DNA from: Gemmatimonadota bacterium
Lineage (GTDB): Bacteria > Gemmatimonadota > Gemmatimonadetes > Gemmatimonadales > GWC2-71-9
Length of the DNA stretch: 64,000 bases
Direction: 5' to 3'
NCBI GenBank assembly: GCA_016720805.1
Contig: JADKJZ010000002.1
Span: forward strand, 213,617-277,616
Made by a program: the position numbers and the translations under genes
Shown here: in pieces, positions 1 to 9,022 of the stretch
Layout: each line of letters opens with the position of its first letter
Position numbering within the stretch: the stretch's first letter is position 1
Notes under the pieces: generated by a model
What the model was told of the DNA's origin: nothing
What the model saw: only the letters and a program-made list of their open reading frames with translations
Database searches by the model: none

Positions 1-1047
1 CAGGATCCGGAGCGAATCGCCGTAGGCATCGGCGACCATCGCCCCGTCGGTGCCGACCCACATCTGACCACCCACCTCGCCGATCGGCCACTGATCCTTG
101 TCGCCAAGCTCGGCGGGGCGGGCCGGCCAGATCGAGCCATCGCGCCAGACCACCTTGACTGCCGGGCGCTTCGCGGTGGCCGGGAAGTCGTACTGCACTC
201 GTGACTGCTTCGGCGCCGTCTCTTCGAACATCTGGCTCGACTCGGGCGTGATGCGCGCCGGATTGCGGAGGTCGAACGCCCAGAAGGCGGCATCCATGGC
301 GTGGCAGGCAATGTCGCCGAGCGCGCCGGTGCCGTAGTCCCACCAGCCACGCCACTTGAACGGCGCGTACACGGGCGAGTAGGGACGTTCGGCCGCCGGA
401 CCCTGCCAGAGATTCCAGTCGAAGGTCGGATGTGGATTGTGCGCCTCGGTCGGACGGTCGAGCCCCTGCGGCCACACCGGACGATTGGTCCAGTAGTGAA
501 TCTCGCGGATCTCGCCGATCAGGCCGGCCTCGTACGCCTCGCGGATGATCCGCGTGCCGGCACCGGCATGGAACTGGTTGCCCATCTGCGTCGCGACCTT
601 CCGCACCTTCGCCTCGGCGACCAGCGCGCGAACCTCGTGCATCGTTCGCGTCATCGGCTTCTGCGTGAACACCGGCTTGTTGAGCTTGAGTGCCGCCATC
701 GTCGCCACGGCGTGCGTGTGGTCCGGCGTCGACACCGAGACGGCGTCGATCTCGTTTCCCATCGTCGCCAGCATCTCGCGGTAATCCTTGAACTGCTTGG
801 CGTCGGGGTAGCGCGCAAACGACTTCGCTCCCGACCGCCAGTCGACATCACAGAGCGCTGCGACCGACGCGCCAGCCTTCACCATCTCGGTGATGTCGGA
901 CTCGCCCTTGCCGCCGATGCCGATCGACGCGAGTCGCACCATATCGCTCGGTGCCGTGAAGCCGCGGCCGAGCACATGCCGCGGCACGATGTGGAAGGCG
1001 GCGCCAACAGCGGCGGCGGATTTCAGAACTGAGCGACGAGTTGGCAT
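1..1047 (-). CDS. Gfo/Idh/MocA-family oxidoreductase with Tat-like signal; 3' end runs off the window start
   Basis: Not in the ORF track because there is no stop inside the window. Reverse-strand translation from ATG 1047-1045 stays open for all 349 codons to base 1: MPTRRSVLKSAAAVGAAFHIVPRHVLGRGFTAPSD..GIGGKG..TPDHTHA..QKP..GNQFH..WRGWWDYGTGALGD. Colinear paralog of the 7504-9006 product. Confidence 0.85.
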   Translation of the reverse strand, partial: MPTRRSVLKSAAAVGAAFHIVPRHVLGRGFTAPSDMVRLASIGIGGKGESDITEMVKAGASVAALCDVDWRSGAKSFARYPDAKQFKDYREMLATMGNEIDAVSVSTPDHTHAVATMAALKLNKPVFTQKPMTRTMHEVRALVAEAKVRKVATQMGNQFHAGAGTRIIREAYEAGLIGEIREIHYWTNRPVWPQGLDRPTEAHNPHPTFDWNLWQGPAAERPYSPVYAPFKWRGWWDYGTGALGDIACHAMDAAFWAFDLRNPARITPESSQMFEETAPKQSRVQYDFPATAKRPAVKVVWRDGSIWPARPAELGDKDQWPIGEVGGQMWVGTDGAMVADAYGDSLRIL

Positions 1048-1064
1048 GTCGGGCCTCGGTAGGA

Positions 1065-1170
1065 GGATGATGGATGATGGATGATGGATGATGGATGATG
1101 GATGATGGATGCCAGCACCCCATCACTCCTCGTCCCGCATCCACCATCGATCATCCATCATCCATCATCC
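1065..1170. repeat. Heptamer-array hairpin element, unit GGATGAT / ATCATCC
   Basis: Left arm is six perfect tandem GGATGAT units (1065-1106). Right arm is three ATCATCC units plus degenerate copies (about 1138-1170). GC-rich spacer between them. Sits between the permease stop (1173) and the oxidoreductase start (1047). Confidence 0.85.
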
Positions 1171-1172
1171 AA

Positions 1173-2366
1173 TCAATGCGCTTCCACGACCGTCTTCGGC
1201 TTGAACGCCACCGCAAAAATCACAAAGATCACCACTGCCCCCAACGCCGGAATCTTCCAGATGGCGGTCCAGTCGTGGGTGCCGTCGGCGAGCTTGTGCG
1301 CGTCGACGATCCGTCCCGAGAGCCAGGAGCCGGCGAAGTTGCCGAAGCCGAGCGTGACCAGCGCGATGAAGCCCTGCGCGGCGGCGCGCACCTTCGGGCC
1401 GGCCTGCTGGTCGACGTAGATCTGACCCGAGACGAAGAAGAAGTCGTAGCAGACGCCGTGCAGCAGCAGGCCGGCATAGAGCAGCCACACCTTGGCGTCG
1501 GCGTTGCCGTAGGCAAAGGCGTAGTAACGCGCGGCCCAGGCGGCCATTGCCACCAGCAGGATCGTCTTGATGCCGTGCTTCCGGAGCAGTACCCCGATGA
1601 AGAGCATGAAGAAGACTTCGCTCATCTGCCCCATCGTCATCTTGCCCGCAGCGCTCGCCACCCCGATCTCGTTGAGGAAGGGATTGGCGAAAGCGTAGTA
1701 GAACTGGAGCGGGATGCAGAGCAGGAACGAGCCGAACAGGAAGACGGTGAACGACCGGTCCTTCATCAGCGCCAGGGCATCGATCCCGGCGGCGTCACGC
1801 CACGAGAAGGGCTTTCCCTTGCTCGGCGGCGGCGTGTGCGGAAGCAGGAAGGAGAAGAGGCCGAGGGCCACCGAGGCCATCGCCGCAATGCGGATCGGCG
1901 TGGCCGTGGCGTCGACACCGAGCTTGCCGAGCAGCAGCCCGACGGCGATCCAGCCGATCGTGCCGAGGACGCGGATCGATCCGAACTCGGCGGCAGGGTC
2001 CTTCAGGTGGCTCATCGACAGCGAATTGGTCAGCGCGAGCGTCGGCATGTAACAGAGGGCGTAGAGCAACATCCCGATGTACATCGAGTCGAAGGTGCTC
2101 AACGTCGAGACATAATAAAGCAACGCCGCCCCGATCAGGTGGAGGGCGGCGAGCATCTTCTCGGTGGGAAGGAAGCGGTCGGCGATCGTGCCGAGGCCGA
2201 AGGGCGTCACGATCGCGGCGATCGCGGTGGTGCCGTACATCAGGCCGATCTGTGCACCCTCGAACTTCAGCGTCTGGCCGAGGTAGGTGCCGAGGGTGAC
2301 GGCCCAGCTCCCCCAGATGAAATACTGGAGGAACATCATGATTTGGAGCCGGAGGCGAGTGCTCAC
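1173..2366 (-). CDS. MFS transporter, nucleoside:H+ symporter (NupG/XapB-like) family
   Basis: ORF 1173-2594. The N-terminal 76 codons look non-coding. GTG at 2366 gives VSTRLRLQIMMFLQYFIWGSWAVTLGTYL, which matches the conserved N-terminus of NupG-type permeases. About 12 hydrophobic segments. GTGA overlap with the upstream stop. Confidence 0.85.
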   Translation of the reverse strand: MSTRLRLQIMMFLQYFIWGSWAVTLGTYLGQTLKFEGAQIGLMYGTTAIAAIVTPFGLGTIADRFLPTEKMLAALHLIGAALLYYVSTLSTFDSMYIGMLLYALCYMPTLALTNSLSMSHLKDPAAEFGSIRVLGTIGWIAVGLLLGKLGVDATATPIRIAAMASVALGLFSFLLPHTPPPSKGKPFSWRDAAGIDALALMKDRSFTVFLFGSFLLCIPLQFYYAFANPFLNEIGVASAAGKMTMGQMSEVFFMLFIGVLLRKHGIKTILLVAMAAWAARYYAFAYGNADAKVWLLYAGLLLHGVCYDFFFVSGQIYVDQQAGPKVRAAAQGFIALVTLGFGNFAGSWLSGRIVDAHKLADGTHDWTAIWKIPALGAVVIFVIFAVAFKPKTVVEAH

Positions 2367-3100
2367 TTGATCTCCCGGATCTTGATGTTGCGGTACCAGA
2401 TGGTGTTGCCGTGTTCCTGCAGGCCGATGCTCCCCTTCCGCGCCAGGCCATACGTGGGCCACTGCGCAAACTTGGTCTTGCTCACCGCCGCCTTGAAGGC
2501 GCGCGAATCGAAGTCGACCTGGTCGGCGATCTTGGTCCCATTGAACCACGTCTCGACGATCGAGCCATGCGTCATGATCCGCATGGTATTCCATTCGCCG
2601 AGCGGCTTCACGAGGTCGGGGGCCGCAGGCGCCAGGCCATACAAGGCACCGGCCGACGTGAGCGGCGAGAGGCCGTCGCGGTGGCCGATGTTGTCGAGCA
2701 CCTGGATTTCCGGGGCGTTCTCGTAGACCACTTCGGTCCCTTCAGTGGCCCAGAAGAAGATGCCGCTGTTGCCCTTCGATTCGATCTTCCACTCGAGCAC
2801 CAGCTCGAACGAATCGAACTGCTTGTCGGTCATGATGTCGCCGGTGGTGGCGGTCTTCACCATCATCCCGTCCTTCGCTTCCCACCCGGTCATCTGCCCC
2901 GGCTTCTGGTAGAGGTGCCAGCCCTTCATGCTCTTCCCGTCGAAGAGCAGCGTCCAACCGGCCTGCTTCTCGGCGGCGGTCAGGGTGTTCGGGGTGGCAT
3001 GCATGGCGCTCATGTCATGTTGGGCGTGGGCGGTTGCCGCACCGGCAACCATCGCCACGGCGCAGGAAACGAGCACGCGAGCAGGCGCGCGTCGGAACAT
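2363..3100 (-). CDS. Secreted DUF1080 (3-keto-disaccharide hydrolase-like) domain protein
   Basis: ORF 2363-3169. The internal ATG at 3100 gives a signal peptide, MFRRAPARVLVSCAVAMVAGAATAHA. C-terminal GLQEHGNTIWYRNIKIREI is typical of DUF1080. Confidence 0.8.
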   Translation of the reverse strand: MFRRAPARVLVSCAVAMVAGAATAHAQHDMSAMHATPNTLTAAEKQAGWTLLFDGKSMKGWHLYQKPGQMTGWEAKDGMMVKTATTGDIMTDKQFDSFELVLEWKIESKGNSGIFFWATEGTEVVYENAPEIQVLDNIGHRDGLSPLTSAGALYGLAPAAPDLVKPLGEWNTMRIMTHGSIVETWFNGTKIADQVDFDSRAFKAAVSKTKFAQWPTYGLARKGSIGLQEHGNTIWYRNIKIREIK

Positions 3101-3143
3101 CGGCTGGCCTCGGAGCAAAGGGGAGTGGAGGGAACCCCGAAGC

Positions 3144-5063
3144 TTACGGGACCGAGGAGACTGGCGCAACGAGACGCCGCACCGCCTCCGCTCCCACCGG
3201 CCGCAACAGCCCGAAGGTCTTCCCCTCGATCGTCTTGAGCGTCGAGTCGGTGCTGGCGAGCCACGTGGCCGTCGGCTGCACCTTCCGCATCCGGTAGTCG
3301 AGGGCCTCCAGGCCGATCCGGCCCAGCGTGTTCAGCGCGCGCGCGACCGGGAGGCCATCCGTTGCCATCGGAGTCCGCCCCTTCATCGCGTCGAGCGGTG
3401 CGGTGAAGCCCTGCATCGTCTGGAAATGCTCCGCCAGCATTCTGCCTGCGCTGGCATCGCCCTGCACGGCCTGCTCGGCGAGCGCCTGCAGCCGCCATCC
3501 GTTCCACGGGTCGGGCCGTGCCGCATCGATCAGCCGGGTGAGCGGCGAGAACTGGTTGGTGCCGCGCCCCGCGAAGCCGCGCGGCCGGGCGTAATCCAAC
3601 AGCCCGATCAGGGTCGCCGCATCGTCGCCCTCGGCAAAGCGGCGCACCATCCGCGCGGTGTGCGACTCATGGGTTGGCCCGACCTCCTCGAGACGGCGCG
3701 AGAACACTTCCAGCCGGCGATACATGTCGGGGACATCGCGCACCGACGCCGGCGACCAGAAGCGCTCGGCGACCCCCGCCAGCCGCGGCCAGAGGCGCGA
3801 GTCGATCGTCTCCTGCGTGATGTACTCGCCCCACATGCACGCCTCGCCGCCCAGCACCAGCGCCTGCTGCGCCGGCGTGAGGTCGTGTCCCGCGGGGAGC
3901 GGATCGCTCAGGTACATCTCGGTGGTGGTCTTGATGTGGTCCAGGTAGTAGGGCGCCGAGAGGATCGCCTGACGGCCCTGCTTGGCCGCGGTGATCAGGT
4001 AATTGGTGCCGCGCCACGACTGGATCACCGCGCCGGCAGGGAGATTGGGGGCGAGGATCTCGTCCCAGCCCACCGGCTGGCGGCCATGCTTCTTGAGGAT
4101 CGCGAAGAGCCGGGTGTTGAAGTGGGTCTGCAGCGCATGCGCATCGGCGATCCGGTTCGCCTTCATCCATGCCTGAATCGTCGGGTTCGCCTTCCACTCC
4201 GTCGGCTCGACCTCGTCGCCACCGATGTGCCACGACTTGTCGGGGAAGAGGGTGACCATCTCGGCGATGAAGGTGTCGAGGAAGCGGTAGGTGCTCTCGA
4301 CCGTCGGGTTGATCGCCGGATGCGACACGCCCCACTTCCGGTCGATCTGGTACGGCCCCTTGCCGCTCGCCAGCCCGGGGTAGGCCGCAAACCACGCCGT
4401 CATGTGGCCCGGCATGTCGAACTCGGGCACCACGCGGATGCCGCGATCCGCGGCATAGGCCACCACGGCCCGCACCTGCGCCTGCGTGTAGTAGTCGCCG
4501 TCCGAGCCCAGTTCGTGGAGCTTGGGGAACGCTTTCACCTCGACCCGGAAGCCCTGGTCCTCGCTCAGGTGCCAGTGCAGCACGTTCAGCTTCGCCATCG
4601 CCATCCCGTCGATGGTGCGCGTGATCACCTCGACCGGGATGAAGTGGCGGCCGGCGTCGACCAGGACACCGCGCCAGCGGAAGCGCGGCGCATCGCTGAT
4701 CGTCGCCATCTGCAGCGAGGCCCCGCTGGCGTCCTGTTGGTAGAGCTGAAGGAAGGTCTCGAGGCCACGGATTGCCCCGACCACCGTCGGGGCCGTGAGC
4801 GTTGCAGTCTGCTTGGTCACGTCGAGGCGGTACGACTCATCGTCGTCGAGCGACGGCACCGCCGGAGACGCGCGTCCCACCTGCACGATCAGTCCCTTGA
4901 TCGGCGCCGTGCCGCCGATGCTGCGCGGCAACGCCACCACCATCCGCGCCTCGAGTCGCCGCATCGCCCGCTGCACCGCCCGTTCCAGCCGCGGGTCCCG
5001 GTAGCCGGTGATCGCCGCGGTGAACGTCGAGTCCAGCAGCAGGGAGCCCGCCCCCATCGTCAC
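3144..5063 (-). CDS. Glycoside hydrolase family 20 beta-N-acetylhexosaminidase
   Basis: 639-aa ORF with LNVLHWHLSEDQGFRVE and WHIGGDEV motifs. GTG start with no signal peptide in frame (see finding at 5063-5152). Confidence 0.85.
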   Translation of the reverse strand: MTMGAGSLLLDSTFTAAITGYRDPRLERAVQRAMRRLEARMVVALPRSIGGTAPIKGLIVQVGRASPAVPSLDDDESYRLDVTKQTATLTAPTVVGAIRGLETFLQLYQQDASGASLQMATISDAPRFRWRGVLVDAGRHFIPVEVITRTIDGMAMAKLNVLHWHLSEDQGFRVEVKAFPKLHELGSDGDYYTQAQVRAVVAYAADRGIRVVPEFDMPGHMTAWFAAYPGLASGKGPYQIDRKWGVSHPAINPTVESTYRFLDTFIAEMVTLFPDKSWHIGGDEVEPTEWKANPTIQAWMKANRIADAHALQTHFNTRLFAILKKHGRQPVGWDEILAPNLPAGAVIQSWRGTNYLITAAKQGRQAILSAPYYLDHIKTTTEMYLSDPLPAGHDLTPAQQALVLGGEACMWGEYITQETIDSRLWPRLAGVAERFWSPASVRDVPDMYRRLEVFSRRLEEVGPTHESHTARMVRRFAEGDDAATLIGLLDYARPRGFAGRGTNQFSPLTRLIDAARPDPWNGWRLQALAEQAVQGDASAGRMLAEHFQTMQGFTAPLDAMKGRTPMATDGLPVARALNTLGRIGLEALDYRMRKVQPTATWLASTDSTLKTIEGKTFGLLRPVGAEAVRRLVAPVSSVP

Positions 5064-5183
5064 CGAGGCCGGGACCGGGAGGAGGTTGTGCTGCTGGCCG
5101 GAACAGGCTGGCCGAAAAGGCCCGCCATCAAGGCAAGGGGTGCGAGGCGCATGGTCGGTCGGGGTTGGAGTAGTCTCAAATGT

Positions 5184-5261
5184 AGTCGTTAGTCGTTAGT
5201 CATTGGTCGTTAGTCATCCGTTCAGGCCCTCCTAACGACTAACGACCAACGACCAACGACT
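5184..5261. repeat. Heptamer-array hairpin element, unit AGTCGTT / AACGACT
   Basis: Left arm 5184-5217 (agtcgtt agtcgtt agtcatt ggtcgtt agtcat). Right arm 5234-5261 (aacgact aacgacc aacgacc aacgact). 16-nt loop. Lies in the divergent region between GH20 and MOSC. Confidence 0.85.
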
Positions 5262-5275
5262 ATACTACTTCCCGA

Positions 5276-6067
5276 ATGCACCTCACCTCGCTCCACCGCT
5301 ATCCCATCAAGGGCTGCCGCGGCCATGCGCTCGCCTCCGCCGAGGTCGATGCACTCGGCCTCGTCGGCGATCGCCGCTTTCTGGTGGTCGACAGCAACGA
5401 CCGCTTCGTTTCGCAGCGGGAGGCCGCGGTGCTGGCGACGGTCACCCCGACCTTCGATGGCAGCATCCTCACCGTCGAGGCGCCAGGGGTCGAGGCGCTG
5501 GTGCTTGAGCTCGATCCGCAGGGCGCCTCGCGCGACGTGACGATCTGGGATGACCAGGTCACCGCCACCGACCAGGGCGACCATGCGGCCGAGTGGTTTG
5601 CCGAGGTGGTCGGCCATCCCTGCCGGTTGGTGCACTTCGGCGGCGAGGCGACCAGGCGGCTCGATCCGCGCTACTCGCCCAGGCCCGACGCGGAGACCGC
5701 CTTCGCCGACGGCTATCCGGTGCTGGCGGTGTTGCAGGAATCGCTCGACGACCTCAACCGTCGCCTCGCGGTACCAGTCCCGATGGAGCGCTTCCGTCCC
5801 AACGTCGTCCTCACCGGCGCGCCGGCCTGGAGCGAGGACACGTGGACCACGCTCACGCTGGGCGACGTCACCTTCGACGCGGTGAAGCCGTGCGCGCGCT
5901 GCACCGTGCTCACCGTCGATCAGCAGACCGGCGCCCGCGATCCGCAGCAGGAGCCGCTCCGGACCCTCGCGACCTTCCGGAACATTCCCGGACGCGGCAC
6001 GATGTTCGGGGTGAATCTGGTGCCGAGAGGAAGTGGAGTTGTGAGCGTTGAGCAGGATGATCGATGA
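5276..6067 (+). CDS. MOSC domain protein (YcbX-like, N-terminal beta-barrel plus MOSC)
   Basis: MHLTSLHRYPIKGCRG.. N-terminus and conserved C-terminal Cys in VKPCARCTVLTVDQ. The last codons (..EQDDR) are encoded by the left arm of the next repeat element. Confidence 0.85.
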   Translation: MHLTSLHRYPIKGCRGHALASAEVDALGLVGDRRFLVVDSNDRFVSQREAAVLATVTPTFDGSILTVEAPGVEALVLELDPQGASRDVTIWDDQVTATDQGDHAAEWFAEVVGHPCRLVHFGGEATRRLDPRYSPRPDAETAFADGYPVLAVLQESLDDLNRRLAVPVPMERFRPNVVLTGAPAWSEDTWTTLTLGDVTFDAVKPCARCTVLTVDQQTGARDPQQEPLRTLATFRNIPGRGTMFGVNLVPRGSGVVSVEQDDR

Positions 6068-6196
6068 TCGATCGGTGTGGGGGCCCTGTCATCCCGAGCG
6101 AAGCGAGGGACCTGCGTAGTCGCGGGCACGCAGATCCCTCACGTTGTTCGGGATGACACGCTCCATCGATCATCGATGATCGATCATCGATCATCC
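6055..6196. repeat. Heptamer-array hairpin element, unit GATGATC / GATCATC, with nested inner hairpins
   Basis: Outer arms 6055-6075 and 6163-6196. Inner inverted repeat tgtcatcccga (6087-6097) / tcgggatgaca (6148-6158) encloses a further ctgcgt..acgcag stem. Confidence 0.8.
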
Positions 6197-6223
6197 CTGT
6201 CACCTCTTATCGACCTACGGCCC

Positions 6224-7363
6224 ATGACCCTCCGCCTCTACTACAGCAACGCCACCCTGCGCGACTTTCCGGCCACCATCATCGGTCACGACGGCGACCT
6301 CACGCGCGTCGTCCTCGATCAAACCGCCTTCTACCCCACCTCGGGCGGCCAGCCGCACGACACCGGGATGCTCGGCGGCGTGCCGGTGGTCGACGTGATC
6401 GACGACGAGGAGCGGATCATCCATGTCCTGGCAGCGCCGCTGCCGCTGGGCGCGGTGCGCGGCGTGGTCGATGCCGTGCGGCGCACAGATCATATGGAGC
6501 AGCACACCGCGCAGCACCTCCTCTCGGCGATCGCGGCCGACACGTTCGGGTGGGAGACGGCGTCGGTGCATTTCGGGGCCGAACACTCGACCATCGAGTT
6601 CGCGGTGGCGTACGGCAGCGGGGCACAGCTCGCCGAGCTGGCGTCGCGCGCCCAGGCGGCCGTGCGCGCGGCGTTGCCGGTCACCGTGACCTTCGAGGCA
6701 TCGGCCGACGCGGTCGCCGCCGGACTCCGCAAGGCGCCGCCGCGCGAGGGTGAGTTGCGCGTCATCACCATCGCCGGGCTTGATCGGAGCGCGTGCGGCG
6801 GGACGCATGTGGCGAGCACCACGGAGATCGGACCGATCGTGCTCACCGGCGTCGAGAAGGTGCGCGGCCATCTGCGCGTCGGCTTCCTCGCGGGCGGGAG
6901 GGTGCTGGCGCATCTGGCCGAGCGTGACGCGCTGGTCGCGGCGTTGGCGCGGGCGCTCTCGTGCGCCGAGGATGAGCTGGCGGTGCTGGTGCCGAAGCGG
7001 CAGGAGGAACTCCAGGCGTTGCGTGTCCAGCTCGCGGCACTCGAGACGGAGCTCGCGGGGCATCGGGTGCGGGCATTGCTCGCCGCCGCGACGCCCGATG
7101 CCGATGGCGTTCGCCGCCTGGTGCATCACGCCACCACCGAATCGGCCACACTGCTCAAGGCGATGGCTCAGGCGGTGGCGGCCGAGCCGAAGGCCGTCCT
7201 GATCCTGGTCTCGACCCCGTCGGTGGTGCTCGGCAGCAGTGCCGACAGCGGGGTCGACGTCGGGGCCCTGCTGAAGGCCGCGATCGCGGCGCACGGCGGC
7301 AAGGGTGGTGGCTCGCCGCGGCTGGCGCAGGGGGTCGTGCCGTCCGGATGGCCGATGCCGTAG
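6224..7363 (+). CDS. alaX: AlaX-L type alanyl-tRNA editing protein (AlaRS second-additional-domain homolog)
   Basis: ORF 6077-7363. The first 49 codons are repeat-encoded. ATG 6224 gives MTLRLYYS... Zinc motifs HTAQHLLS and SACGGTHV are present. Confidence 0.8.
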   Translation: MTLRLYYSNATLRDFPATIIGHDGDLTRVVLDQTAFYPTSGGQPHDTGMLGGVPVVDVIDDEERIIHVLAAPLPLGAVRGVVDAVRRTDHMEQHTAQHLLSAIAADTFGWETASVHFGAEHSTIEFAVAYGSGAQLAELASRAQAAVRAALPVTVTFEASADAVAAGLRKAPPREGELRVITIAGLDRSACGGTHVASTTEIGPIVLTGVEKVRGHLRVGFLAGGRVLAHLAERDALVAALARALSCAEDELAVLVPKRQEELQALRVQLAALETELAGHRVRALLAAATPDADGVRRLVHHATTESATLLKAMAQAVAAEPKAVLILVSTPSVVLGSSADSGVDVGALLKAAIAAHGGKGGGSPRLAQGVVPSGWPMP

Positions 7364-7425
7364 GGGCGACGCCTGCGTCGCCCTCTCGGTCGCGATCCTC
7401 GTACGGGCGACGCATGCGTCGCCCC
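7363..7425 (+). terminator. Two tandem GC-rich palindromic hairpins downstream of alaX
   Basis: ggggcgacgcctgcgtcgccc (7363-7383) and the perfect palindrome gggcgacgcatgcgtcgccc (7405-7424). No clear U-tract, so terminator function is inferred from position only. Confidence 0.45.
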
Positions 7426-7503
7426 TACACCCACTCGGAATGCCGATGTAGATTGGGCTCAATCCCCGCCACAACATCGTTACCCTCAACGCCAGGGCCG
7501 CTC

Positions 7504-9006
7504 ATGTCGCGTCGCAAGGTCAATCGTCGTGATTTCATCGCCACCTCCGGAGCCGCTGCTGCCAGCGCCATGATCGTGCCGCGGCATGTGCTCGGCGGTC
7601 AGGGCTTCACGGCGCCGAGCGACATCGCCAACATCGCGGTGGTGGGCGCTGGTGGCATGGGCGCCAGCAACACGACGCAGATCCTCTCCGAGAACCTGAT
7701 CGCCGTTGCTGACGTCGACTTCGATTACGTCGATCGGCGCGTCGGGCCCGCGGTCAACCGCGACGGGACGCCGAACAAGCTCCATCTGGCGCATGCCAAG
7801 GCGCGCCGCTATGCCGACTTCCGCGAGATGCTCGACAAGGAGAAGGGGATCGACGGCGTCATCATCGCGACGCCCGACCACACGCATGCCGTCGTGGCCA
7901 AGGCCGCGATGGAGTTGAAGAAGGCGGTCTACGTCCAGAAGCCGCTCTGCGCGACGGTCGCCGAGGCGCGGATGCTCGCCAAGCTGGCGGCGTCGAGCGG
8001 CGTGGTGACGCAGATGGGCAACCAGGGGCATTCGCGCGAGGACACGCGCCTGATCCGCGAGTGGATCCAGGCCGGGCTGATCGGCGCGGTGAAGGAAGTG
8101 CACATCTACACCGACCGCCCGCTCGGCTACTGGCCGCAGGCCGTCCCGCGGCCGATCGCGGAGGGCGGGAAGATGCCGCCGATGCCGGCGCCGGGCTCGC
8201 AGTGGAGCCAGGGCACCATCAACAACATCCTCGCCAACGGGATGTCGGCCAACGTGGTGAAGCCCGATTCGCTCAACTGGGATCTCTACCTCGGCCCCGT
8301 CCCCGAGATCCCCTATCACCCGATCTACCACCCGTTCACCTGGCGCGGCTGGCTCGACTTCGGCGGCGGCGCGCTCGGCGACATGGGTGCCCACCTCGTC
8401 GACGGCCCCTTCTACGCGCTCGGCCTCGACTACCCGACCACCGTCGAGGGGTCGTCCACCCCGTTCGGCGGGCCGCGCACGAATCCGGCGTCATTCCCGA
8501 TGGCGACCAACGTGCAGTGGGAGTTCGCCGCGACGCCGACGCGCCCCGCCTTCAAGATGTTCTGGTACGACGGCGGCCTCATGGCACCGCGGCCGGCCGC
8601 GCTTCCCGACGATTTCAAGTACGTCACCGAGGGTGGTGTCTTCATCGTCGGCGAGAAGGGAGTGCTGGTGCATCAGACGTATGGTGCCAAGCCGCAGCTC
8701 TTCCCGGCCGCCCTCATGGAAGAGGCCAAGAAGGTTCCCAAGACCGAGCGACGCGTCACCACGACCCACGAGATGAACTGGGTCAATGCGATCAAGGGCA
8801 CCGACGTGACGTCGTCGCCGATCGAGTACGCCGCGAAGCTCGTCGAGACGATGCACCTCGGCGTCGCCGCGGTGCGTCACGCGGCCGCACTCAACTCCGG
8901 CCCGCAGAAGCTCCAGTACGACGGGGCGAAGATGGCATTCACCAATCAGGTCGGCGCCAACCAGTACCTCACGCGGCCCTATCGTGCAGGATGGAACGTG
9001 GTCTGA
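7504..9006 (+). CDS. Gfo/Idh/MocA-family oxidoreductase with twin-arginine signal
   Basis: ATG 7504 gives MSRRKVNRRDFIATSGAAAASAMIVPRHVLGG, followed by VGAGGMG, TPDHTHA, QKP, GNQGH and WRGWLDFGGGALGD. Confidence 0.85.
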   Translation: MSRRKVNRRDFIATSGAAAASAMIVPRHVLGGQGFTAPSDIANIAVVGAGGMGASNTTQILSENLIAVADVDFDYVDRRVGPAVNRDGTPNKLHLAHAKARRYADFREMLDKEKGIDGVIIATPDHTHAVVAKAAMELKKAVYVQKPLCATVAEARMLAKLAASSGVVTQMGNQGHSREDTRLIREWIQAGLIGAVKEVHIYTDRPLGYWPQAVPRPIAEGGKMPPMPAPGSQWSQGTINNILANGMSANVVKPDSLNWDLYLGPVPEIPYHPIYHPFTWRGWLDFGGGALGDMGAHLVDGPFYALGLDYPTTVEGSSTPFGGPRTNPASFPMATNVQWEFAATPTRPAFKMFWYDGGLMAPRPAALPDDFKYVTEGGVFIVGEKGVLVHQTYGAKPQLFPAALMEEAKKVPKTERRVTTTHEMNWVNAIKGTDVTSSPIEYAAKLVETMHLGVAAVRHAAALNSGPQKLQYDGAKMAFTNQVGANQYLTRPYRAGWNVV

Positions 9007-9022
9007 GGCGCATCCACCCCCG

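Noticed and set aside
2928-5192. 754-aa + strand ORF, and similar very long ORFs: 1095-2726 +, 6215-7489 -, 13373-15340 +, 24596-26626 -, 33813-35606 -, 36048-39110 -, 44583-48233 -, 52527-53690 -, 63393-63968 -
   Set aside because: These are antisense shadow ORFs typical of high-GC DNA. Their translations are Arg/Pro/Gly/His-rich with no motifs, while the opposite strand encodes a recognisable family at each location.
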